From NCBI RefSeq assembly GCF_964204645.1, contig NC_134025.1:27198299-27262298 (forward strand): a DNA stretch of 64,000 bases. Direction: 5' to 3'. The notes under the pieces were generated by a model. That model did not search any database, was not told the DNA's origin, and was given only the letters and a program-made list of their open reading frames with translations. Position 1 is the stretch's first letter. Each line of letters begins with the position of its first letter. A program made the position numbers and the translations under genes. Origin of the DNA: Tubulanus polymorphus (Eukaryota > Animalia > Nemertea). This document shows positions 50,732 through 61,760 of this stretch, in pieces.

Positions 50732-53434
50732 TAAAGAAAAACAAATAGCTAGATATTAATCAATATTTTTCAAATACCGATGCAACCATGTTTTAAAACA
50801 AAGATCAGTCTGCCTTTTCAGTGCCTGGATTCTGGAAAATGAATTCCCGCACATTATAGGAAACATTGCAATGTTCCAATACGCTGTCATAAAAGCAGTC
50901 ATCAGGGTTTGATATCTATCTCTATGAGACCGAGTGAATCACAAACCAGGCCCTGAAATATAGCGTGACTCAAGACTAGTGACTGTATGATGAAATCTAT
51001 CCAAATCCAAGGATGAAATGGATGACCATATAGGTTTGTTTTATGCATCTGGCTTGTGTTGAAACTGAACTGTAATCAATATCGGAGGATTTCTTCTGCA
51101 TTTACGATAGACACCGAGGCTTAGTCGACTGACAATGATAAATCCGCCCGTAATACACAGTGTTTTCTGCACTTCCATCACCAAATCCCTGATTATATAC
51201 ATTGTCTCTCTGCATTACCACCAAACATTCCATTTCAAAAATAGAATTTCATTACTTCACTCAGGGTGCTAGGATTTTTTTCAAAAATCTGCGATCAATC
51301 GAGAATGTTGTATTTGAAACATTGAAATCTTCAAAGTCATAACAGCTACGCACACACAATCAATAGCTTTGTTATACAGGGGGAAACAAATGATAATGAA
51401 AATGGCCTATCTATCACTGCAGAAATCAATGATTGATATTTATGTTTCACGACTGATTCTAATGTTAATCTATCGCAGCTAGGTGAAATGTAAACAATTA
51501 ATGTTGAATTTACGTTTGCAAAAATGCATTTATGATCTGACTGCGGTGATTAGTAACAGAGAATCGTCATCGCCGTTAACAACTGTATTTCATTAATTGA
51601 TAATGTAATATTAATGAGATCCGAGCAAAAAATGATTGATGATCATTCATTGAGTCTGAATCACATTTTGTTCTAATGCAATCGGTAAAAATTGTAATGC
51701 GTCATTAAAACAGATTCACCGTATCGTTTGTTGTTTGCGGAAGTTAGCTTTCTATTTTTTTCCCAGTTTTTGTCGAATGATCGAAAAGCTTTAAAGATTA
51801 GGTAAACCGGTAGGTCTACGGATTAGGGTATAACCCTGGTTAGCGAGGGTATTCGTGGTAATCAGTCATTATGATTTCCGTTGTGTAGTCGAAGAGGGAT
51901 CAGCCGCGAGACGTTTATTGATGTCACCGATTTAAAGCCCTAATCCGAGTCTCGATTTGTCACTTGTTGATTGACCCGATACAGCAGTAGACGATGAGCA
52001 ATCTCTAGTGACTTTATCAGAAGAACTCGATACATCGCTAACTGAATTTATCTACATAGCTAATTGAGAAATGGGGGCTAAAAAATTCCCGACGATGAAG
52101 CTGCCCTATGCCGCGTTTTGTACACTCGATATCAATGCTGATGAAACAAATATATCGTAGCGACGAAAGCTTCTATTTCTCTATGAAAGTTTGAAATGCC
52201 TTTAGTCTTGCTGCGACTAGAACGCTTTGAATGAAATACGTTGTTGCATGATAAATCAGCAGTAACGTGTTGATGTGAGCATTTTCCGCCGACGGCGAAA
52301 TAAAAGCCACATTGAATAATGTACATACAAGAGTTAGGGTGTGTCTATGAGCATTCGTGATTTTTAGCTAGTATACCGTGCTATACTAGGGCTTCTGTTT
52401 GTCTTGTTTTGCTGCCCGTAATTTCGTTAAGACGTTTGCACCGCGCTGCTGCGTACGAGAACCGATGTCCCCTTCGCGTGCCATCGGGAAATTCTTCTCG
52501 AAAATTCATCGAATTATTTCGGCCAAAGGATCCATAACTATGTTTGCCGATGACTTCTTGTCCCGCTATCGGCGTACAACTATTTTGCCGTGGACGCGGG
52601 CGCGCGCGGGGATGAGATCAACGATATTGATCGGTGAATGGGGGAAAATAGATTAATTTTCTTGCCCGTATCAACGTAAAATTGTCACGTAGAGCAGTAC
52701 CTATCCGGGGCTCGTGGTTAAATTAATATCACCGTATCTCCGGTGCGGCGGCTGTTGAAGCAAGGGTCGCCGACAATCAATGCCCGATTGTATTTTTTAC
52801 CAGAACGTTGTCAGCCTCCGGGGATTTCTCACTTCTGACTTCTGATGAGATGAGAATCAACAAGCTTCTACGAAGATGTCACTTTTCAGTTTCGCGATCG
52901 CGCAGGGCCGAGAATAGCTATTCACGATATAATCCGCAAACACACGAGGGACTCGGCGTTACCGCGTCGCGCATTCCGCAACCGGTTTTTACAGAGATCT
53001 GTAACATGATTTTCACTTACTGAAAAATGTGCGCGTACCATTTCTAAATCTCTGCATGATAAACTAACCGTGGACTATTCGAGTTCATCTAGAATAGAAA
53101 TAGACTTTAAATCGTTATATCATTTTCGCGTTGCCATTAGAAAGATTGATGCATCTGCATCTGATATTCAGTTGATATAGCGAATGTTATTCCTCAAGGC
53201 CATAAACGGGTATCGCGCAGTTATTACTGTTGAATCGGGTGAAATAATGCTGAATTCCGAGATTAATGCGAACGTAATCTAATTCGATCATCGGCGCAAA
53301 TGTTATTTTTATGAACACCGATATTATCTGACAGAATTTCTCGCGTAAAACACTTCGCTTTTCGAATTCGAATTCTCGAAAAACGAAATTGATATTGAAC
53401 TGAAAATTAATGCCAAAGAAATCGATCGACACGT

Positions 53435-53515
53435 AAGAGAGAGACAGAGAGGGAGAGAGAGAGAGGGAGAGAGGGAGAGAGGGAGAGAGGGAGAGAGGGA
53501 GAGAGGGAGAGGGAG
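53435..53515. repeat. Polypurine (GA)n / (GAGAGGGA)n repeat
   Basis: About 80 bp of purines with a single C; GGG recurs with an 8-bp period. Confidence 0.95.
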
Positions 53516-54789
53516 TAATGCAGCACTATCTCAGAGTTAAGAAGAGACCGGATGATCTGAAAAGTCAAGTTTCACCTTACTGAAAAGGAAACGGTTTAAT
53601 TGTAGGAAATGCTATCGATTCTTATGAAATCTAAATCTACTTCAAATATATTTTGATTAACCGTAATTTCTTGCTGCGAATGTTGTTTACCGCTTCGATT
53701 ACTATTGATGTTTTTCAGTTCCATGACCCCGGGAAAGACTGTGATGAATAAAATGTTATACCTGCATAGTTCACAACTTAAGTCTCGTCGTAATCAATCC
53801 CTTTATGGAACATTAGTGGTTAAAAGCCTTTTTTTAAATTTCCATGTTCTATTTTTTTGATAATGTAAAGAGCTTCTAGTCGTTGCATTTATAGAAGTTG
53901 ATCCTACATTCAATGCGTTCACCGGGGAATAGTCCTGGAAAAAACTATTTCAATTTCAGTAGATATTCGGGATTTGTCACTATTACTGCGACAATGTTCA
54001 ACAGTTTAACTGCAGTTTCTATGATAGAGAGCGGGCGGGAAGAGAGAATTGTGGATTCAACGATGGTTTACTCGGATGGTAATTCAATGATCGCCTGGCA
54101 GATAGTATTGCCAAAGTCGAGGCAATGCTTTTGATTAGGCGCATATAGAATGGGGGAAAATCAAATCAAAGCAATTGTGAGATGACTTCGAAATGAGTTC
54201 GTATTTTCACTTACGGTCACATAGGAGCAGAATCCTAGTACGGCAGCTTTACTGCCTAAAAGCGACGATCTACTGACCACTTATATAATCATATAGATTG
54301 AATATAAACGTTTCATTAATAAGATTTTGTTAAATTTGGTAAGTGCTTATTGAAGTTATTGAAGCTAGTATGCGAGAACTTTGTGAAGATTATAGAATAC
54401 CCATTTGATGTGGAAAGTGAATGTTTTGTTTTTCACTGCGTAGTTCTGATAAGTTTAGTATTCATGGGATTTTAGTCACGTCTCTCGGTCGCCAACTGTT
54501 GCTGGCACCGCGTTAGAAGCCTGTTGCAGGTTCGGTGCGTCATCCATCCAGACAGGGAACCACTGTGTGTGCATAAGAAATTTGTCCCTTCAATTACCAT
54601 AGCTTTAGAGCAACAGATAAAATAATGCATACTGATGATTCGTGGTATTCCCACGTGAGTATTGAGATGAAAGATTCTCGTTGATGGATGTAGAGATGAA
54701 GAGAAAAGGTTACGTCGACAGTTGACATCTGTATCTAGCGAACTATTCTTTCTCGTATTCATACAAGAATCTGTGCATTTTCGACCAGT

Positions 54790-54936
54790 GGCGGGCACTG
54801 GAAAACCCTGTTAGCCCAACCGTGGTTAGTGGTTTATCTGGCGTCAGCTAACAGCGTTTTCCTGCGTCCATTTACGCCTAACCACACTTTGCTAACCATG
54901 GTAAGCTCTATCTGGGTTTCCCTGCGCCTGGCCCAG
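54790..54936. mobile_element. Palindromic MITE, PIF/Harbinger-like
   Basis: Left arm GGGCACTGGAAAACCCTGTTAGCCCAACCGTGGTTAG is an imperfect inverted repeat of right arm CTAACCATGGTAAGCTCTATCTGGGTTTCCCTGCGCCTGGCCC. Confidence 0.55.
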
Positions 54937-56339
54937 TTGTTTAGTGTAGCAGAAAAAATTGCTGCTACATCAATACAATCCATTGCAAGCTCATAAATAT
55001 CCAATTATTATTGATATTAGCTGCCTTCATACAACCTTGTCATTGTTATTAGTGCCTTAGATTGGACGATGATGAATTTAAAATCGTGCTTTGATTATTC
55101 CCTTCTTAAATGAAGTGGCATCTTATGAAAGTCGTGTCACAATTGATTTATCAGCCATATTATGAACAGCGCCTCACGTCATCAGGTGGTTGCTGTTACT
55201 GCTCGAAACAATAAAAACAGCTTAGGAATCTATTTTGGCATCTCGCAGTTCCCTGCAGCGACTAGCGCTCAGAAATTATTCCTTTCCTCCTCCGCTCTAT
55301 ATTATATAGATATAGATAAGTTGATAAAAAAAATTCAGATGATTTCAGAATTGACATAATTTTTGCGTGGAATCCTAAAATACAGAATCGATAACAACAA
55401 TGCTTTACTTCTTCGCTATATTTAAAGATTGATTTCAATATTTGCTCCATTGGTCTGATTCATCTAAATGTTGTCTGGATGAAACATCAGACATCATCAC
55501 ATTGCTTCGAATTCAAAAATATTTTACCAACATTTTTATTATTGGTATTATTATTTTATTGGTAAATATATCAATGGCAAACGTTTATAGACCTCACCGC
55601 TTATGAAGGCCCGACATCAAAGTGGTATAATTAGATTGTTTAAATACTAGCCTTCATAACCCGTCATGTTATATGTAGTAAGTGAAATTATATTTGCTTC
55701 ATTAAAAATTTCCCGGCTTTATTCGCACATCAAAGTATCTAAATTTGGACAGCATTTCTTTCATCTTCAGTTTTATGTATCAATTGCCCTCGTAGCAGTT
55801 TTCTGCGCCGTTATGAAGAGTTTTTCTCGTACTCACTGGGAATATCGTCGTATCAGTGGCTCTCGCGGCTGTTACCTGTTGCAGGAGCACTGTATCATGA
55901 TTTTCAGCCTCCACCGGTGTCGAGGCAATTTAATCAAAGACCCGGCTATATTGACCATGAGAGTTTACATGTCCGTACACGGCCATATTACCTGGTAGCT
56001 TCTGTCATAATTACATAATAACTCAATTTGGCCCAAGACGCTTATACGCGGTCTTATAACTAATACTTGTTGCATCATTTGCTGCCATATCGATTATCAT
56101 CCAGTCATATTACTGCAATGTGATACCATCAATTTCACTTGACTAATTCCCATCTCTATAAGGACCTGTATCAAACCTTCCATCGGTCTTGTTACTGATG
56201 TGCCGTCTCTTCTTATGCCCAGAAATGTTCGAAATCTTTACGATTAATGAGATATTTGAATTATAGTGACATACTGAAGACAAAGGTTTCATGTAGGTAT
56301 TTAAATAGTATTGTAAGGGAAGTCATGATGTAAAACTTC

Positions 56340-56516
56340 AAACATTTCTCGTCTAAATTGGAATTATACATAGTTTTCATTATAAACCTGAGGTCATTGA
56401 ATTTCAAGCTTTATGGTTTCATGACATTAAACATAAAACGTTTCTCGTCTTTATGGATGAAACATTTGGATTGAAAACATAGTTTTCATTGTATTGAAGT
56501 CATCGAGTTTGAAGCT
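56340..56516. repeat. Diverged tandem duplication of about 100 bp
   Basis: AAAC(A/G)TTTCTCGTCT...ACATAGTTTTCATT...TGA(G/A)GTCAT(T/C)GA(A/G)TTT(C/G)AAGCT occurs twice. Confidence 0.75.
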
Positions 56517-59048
56517 GAACCTCTATCAGTGCAGGTCGTTGAGGCATTTGCCTGTGCGTGAATACAAAATAGATGCTTCTGTCACTCGATGAACGTTGAG
56601 TACACTATTTTGCCTCATCGACATGCCGCATCCCTACCGGCCTTTTCAAGCTACGATTCTAATCAAGACTTTTCGCGCAAGTACTTCACAAATCTCGTCA
56701 ATCTTGCTGTATTGCTCTCGAAGTCAATGTGGCCAAAACAGTCGTCGGTAGACTCATCATTGATTAATTCCGTTTCACGTAATGTCGATGAACTCAAACA
56801 TGATGGGAAATGTGTACAGAAACATGAAATGAATAAAAGAAAAAACGAGCTGTTCTATTTACCGTTTATATAAATAGGTTGTTTCTACAAACAACATTTT
56901 TTACCTTTTGATAAACGGTTTGCTTTTAGATTTTGAAATGAACTACGATGAACATAGATTGATTTGATGCTGTATTACGTTGCTGCTGAACAAAGAAAGA
57001 CAAATAATGTCTTTGTGCGTAATATCCGATATTTCTGTTTGAGTCATTTAAAAATATATAGACAAGCATGTACACGTATCCCGGAGGTTGATGTCGTATA
57101 AATCTATGCGATATATTGTTATGGCTCGCGTATCGATTACAGTTATATCTGTTTTGTTCGGATGGTTTTTCAGAATTCGAGAGCTGATAGTGGGTGTGTC
57201 CCTGTCAGATCGATTCTCGTAGACAGAATCTCCGTGCAGCTGATACAATGGCATTTACCACTTCGACGGTTGCTTCGCTAAGCATGACTCTTTTCAGAAT
57301 AAATGCTATTTGACCAATTTCCCTTTTTAATCGCGTAATCAAAATTCGCCAATCAAAGTTCATGCCAACAAATTTTCACCGTAGGTATTGAATTAGGAAA
57401 AGTATCATAAGGCGGGCAGTGGGTAGCATTCCGACTGTTGAAATGTATATTGCGAGATCGGCATTTCAAAAATGAGTGCAGTTGAATAGTTCATTGAAAT
57501 TGATGAAGATGTCAGCACTGTAGCCTATGTCGCGTTGTAATGTCACCCAACACGTTTCATTCATGGATACAGCGTTTACTATCACTCGCTGTGATGTGAT
57601 ATTGCGGGATTTTTGTAAATCCAACACTGACATTAGTTCGATCTCTTGAAGCAGCAGGAATAATCTCTTACTAAATCAGGTATTATTACGTTTTACTTTA
57701 AAAAAATTACTTTAGAACAGTTAATTTTTCAACTCGATCGTTTATTGATTTATGAACCCCGGTGTTAATTGATTTAAACTAACACTAGTCGCTGTTGAAT
57801 AGTAAATTTGCTGTGAAGTTCGTGTGTGGAATATTCAGATATTGTCATCGTATGACCGCCACATGACAAGATGAAAATTGAACATTTTGTTTTGAATAAT
57901 TTATCATTGAACATACAGCAGATAAATTGAAATTTATGAAATAGTTTTGGTTTTCGATATCGTATAGAGCAGGTATCTAGTGGTATATAGTAATCATTTT
58001 AATAGTCCATTGGGAGTCAGCTATTCCCTATGTCAGTGTGATATATCAATTTGATGGATATTCAGGTTTACTTATTGTTCCTGTTAGGGAGCTACATTAT
58101 CTTCATTAAAGACAAATAAAAATGCGGCATATAGAAAATGATGAATCCATTTACTGATTGTCAATGTTTAGAAGTGTGTATTATGTAGTGGTATATAAGA
58201 GAATGGTTGATACGGCAGTTTTTTGTCCCTTTGTCATTTATCATCTTTTATTAGTCGCTATTTTCCCTTTTGGGGTTTCGGCAATTGGACACCTTTTAAA
58301 TTCCCGACGAAAGTGCAATGTACTTACATCAATTCATAATATAAACTTACGTCAGCTGCCGGAAGGATGGGTGCATCTTTTTCAAAAAACTGTTTCGTAA
58401 TAAGATTATGAGGCAGGTTAAAAATAAATGTGCCTTCGGTGCAAAGGCAGAAATCTATATTATATTCAATACGTGTATGTTTTGTTTATTTGATATATCA
58501 TGAAATACCGCGACTGTGTTTGTATACATTAGATAACTTTTGATCTTATCCTATTGTTTTATATGATCTGTCGTATCGCCATATTTTCTTTCATGATATA
58601 AAAACATCGCGAAGATTATGACGATATCGATCAGTAGAGACCGTAAGCAGAACGTTTCAAGAATGCCTTGATCTTCAGGTTTTTTGCCGAACATGATTCG
58701 ATATGGAAATCCTAGTATAACTGATTTAGTATGTTGTGGTATGTTATTTCGAAAATTGTTTTAATGACATATTGTATAGATGTATAGATTGTTAGTGCAT
58801 CAGTGGTTGTTACAGATGTTCTGTCGCTGACAACATGTGGTCCTCACCTTCATAAAGATCTTGTATATTGGTGATTTGTTTCACCATATGTAGTGAAACT
58901 GATACTGTTGTGTACGTGACATGCTCAGACGATCCTCCTCCATAACTAGTTTATGTCACATGGTCTCCGCATTCCTGAACATTTCTTCAAGTGGTTGCTG
59001 ATTGAATTTATTCTTGTCTTGTACGCCGAGTATTGAAGGATTTCTCAT

Positions 59049-59125
59049 CGCTCTCTCTCCTCTCACTCACCCCTCTCACTCTCTCTCTCACCCCTCTCGC
59101 TCTCTCTCCTCTCATTCACCCCTCT
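59049..59125. repeat. CT-rich compound repeat
   Basis: CGCTCTCTCTCCTCTCA(C/T)TCACCCCTCT occurs twice, with a shorter variant in between. Confidence 0.85.
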
Positions 59126-60880
59126 TTGTCGCTGTCCATCTCCGTTATCGTCGTACGCAAACACGGGCAAAAACGCCGATCAACACGTAAGCAGAGATGA
59201 TGTTTTAGGCTCGCTGTTCAAACAAGCCTTCAGGTGATATTACACGCGCTGTCCCACTGTTGCTGATTCGTTATAACTGCTCCGCGCCAGTAATACTCGT
59301 AATACTCGTTAGCGCCGAGATATAAATTGATACCTAACATAACCGGGGACCTGTTAGAGAGCCCCGGGAATTGTCCAGCTTAGTGGATGGATTAGTTGTC
59401 GCTTAACGGTCATTGACACAATCAGACAGACATTACCGGACGATAGTAAACTGTTATACAGCTGTACAACTAATCCCGAATAAAATACCGAGTGACAATC
59501 AGTGTGGTGTTTGGTAGAGTAAATGATACAGATTGGTATCAGGTTTCATCTATATGAAGTAATCAGTAGCCAGTTGTACTGCTGTGTTGTTAGGTTACTT
59601 TTTTATTCATTCCCTATCGATTGAAACATAATCGGCAAACTATGTAGTTACATGTTGCCAATAACAGTTCTCGACATGAAGATTGACGGGCAGCTGCAAA
59701 AATGAAGTTGGTCACTTCAATTCGCATGGTTGTAATTGTCATCGATTTTAGGTCAATACGCCAGATGTAACCGATATATTATAGATTTAATAACTATTGA
59801 TATATAACTCTGTATAAAAAATACAATCAATATATGCTTAAGAGAAATGTTACTCTTTAACTGAAAAAGGAAACCGTGATAGTTGATACGTCGAAATATG
59901 AATAACGTTAGACTCAGTAGTGGTGGTTAGAGTGCTGAGGGACCACCCTAGCATTGTTTTTGCAACGCGCTGTAAGTCATATTGACTCGTTCCTTTCGAA
60001 ACATTTCCCCTGCCGTGAAGATGTTATAAAAAACATGACTTATCTAACATCACAGCAGCAAGGGGGATTCGGATCGGACTAGCCACTGTTTTCAGGGATC
60101 AATGCTCGCGAGTTGGTTTACGCGTCTTCATGCATTGACTCTATGCACTGCCTACATCAAAAAAAAAGATCATAGGCTTTTTATAATTTACCAAAAATAT
60201 CCAGAATATAAATTTCTTTCCAACATCAAACGTTTTCTATTAATCAGGTAAAAGTTTCTTTTGCAATTTAGAAGTTCAACCTTATCCGGATTGTTACATA
60301 TTGTTTTGAATTGGGCATATCTCGAAAAGGGCAGATCTAGAAAACGATATCGATAGTTGAACTTCACTAACATTCCGACGACAATTAAACAATGTTCGGT
60401 TAAATCTCGAAACAAATAATTCAATCAAGTGATTTTATCTGAAGTACGTTGAACAGTAGACATTCGTTTAATTATCCCGTACTAGTTGTTAGTGAGACTC
60501 GAGTCGCTTGGTTTATGTGTACTGGAAATGCCGACAGACCGACCGCTGTAAAAATCTGGAAAAAAAACCTGATAAAACCAAACCCTGTCTGTTGTCGAGG
60601 AGCGATATTTCGTTTACGGCCACCCGTAAACTCGGATATTTCAGTTATTTGAATAGAATTTTCACGATACGATCTCGGAATAGCTATTTTTTTTTGTTTC
60701 GTAATGTGGAAAAAAGTCAGTCAGTGACTCAGTTTTGCCGCGAACAATGGATTCGAATATATTTCTAGAATGGTTTGTAGGGTCATCAAATTTCGTAACA
60801 TCTTTTTTTCCTATGTCGTAAATGTGAAAATATCGAGATCACTCGTTCGGCTTGATCTTCGTTTAAATGGGATTTTTTTC

Positions 60881-60897
60881 GGGGGGGGGGGGGGGGG
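60881..60897 (+). repeat. G17 homopolymer
   Basis: 17 consecutive G, ending 280 nt upstream of the exon at 61177. Confidence 0.95.
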
Positions 60898-61176
60898 AAT
60901 ATGACCGGAGGCAGCGCTGAAATTAATCTCTGACAGCGATGAAGCCGTATATATGATCGGGTATAAGTGAAGTGAAGTGTATTGCGTTGATGCGAATGAG
61001 CATTTTTTTTATGAAGAAGCAATTGTTTGAAACAACACGTATCGCATTACACGCTCGAATCGGCCGAAATCTCACAAATGCTAAATAGGTGGAAGGATCA
61101 ATTCTTTACGGAATAACGGTTCACGTACGTTTAGTTCATATTTTCATGTCGTTTTTCTTTCGTTTTATTTTTATAG

Positions 61177-61315
61177 GTTGACGACGAGGCAAGGTAAAGG
61201 AGGAGGAGGAGGATACACGACGACCGGTTCGACCACCTCTCCTATTGCCGGCCAAACTCAAGCTTATCTCGATCAGAACGTGCTCGCATGGATCAATCCA
61301 AAGAAGTATAACCAG
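61177..61315 (+). CDS. KIF26: Next internal coding exon of KIF26
   Basis: Long polypyrimidine acceptor (gtttttctttcgttttatttttatag|) and donor CAG|gtaatt. The 139 nt run phase 2 to phase 0, and the first base completes the CG|G Arg codon left by the previous exon. Translation is LTTRQGKGGGGGYTTTGSTTSPIAGQTQAYLDQNVLAWINPKKYNQ, comparable to recalled KIF26B SVAIQAHQYLDGTW...LYPYQ. Confidence 0.82.
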
Positions 61316-61360
61316 GTAATTTTCGTTTTTGTATTTCAGCTTCTGCGAGCTAATCATATT

Positions 61361-61760
61361 TCCATATTGAATAAATAGATCTTGGAGCCAGTTACACGGG
61401 AAGCATTTTAAGATTTTGATTTGAGCTAACGATGAAAATGAACAAATTTTGAGTTTGTAGAACCAGCTTCAAGATTGGATTATCCGATGGTCTTTGTTGT
61501 AATCTTAAGATCCATATTCAACAGATCTTGGAGCCAGTTCCGCAGAAACATTTTTAAATTTTGATTTGAGCTAACGATTGAAAATAAACACATGCACTGT
61601 CATGTCTCTTAGATTTTAAACCAGTCTTAGACCATATTGGTTCCTATATAGCTAATCTAACAAATAAGACTTAAGACCACTTTTGTACTTCACAAACTGT
61701 GCAACTGACCCCCTGGCTTTAAGATTGGATTATTTGCTCGTTCCTTGTATTAACTTAGAA
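61361..61760. repeat. Diverged local tandem duplication (units start at 61361 and 61511)
   Basis: Both units read TCCATATT..AGATCTTGGAGCCAGTT..TTTTGATTTGAGCTAACGAT..AAGATTGGATTAT. Unit 1 lacks about 100 bp of the MITE interior. Confidence 0.8.
61530..61712. mobile_element. MITE with 16-bp imperfect terminal inverted repeats, PIF/Harbinger-like
   Basis: Left end GGAGCCAGTTCCGCAG; right end CTGTGCAACTGACCCC (reverse complement GGGGTCAGTTGCACAG). Interior contains GTCTTAGAC and AAGACTTAAGAC inverted motifs. Confidence 0.6.

Larger units (their letters stand above)
45573..61176 (+). other. KIF26: 15.6 kb GT-AG phase-2 intron of KIF26
   Basis: Begins gtaagt and ends ttatag; the flanking exons join in frame. 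Small additional frame-preserving exons cannot be excluded. Confidence 0.75.

Noticed and set aside
52804-53023. Acceptor-like tattttttaccag followed by an open phase-2 frame (ORF 52808-53023)
   Set aside because: No good phase-2 donor before the stop codon, and no similarity to KIF26.
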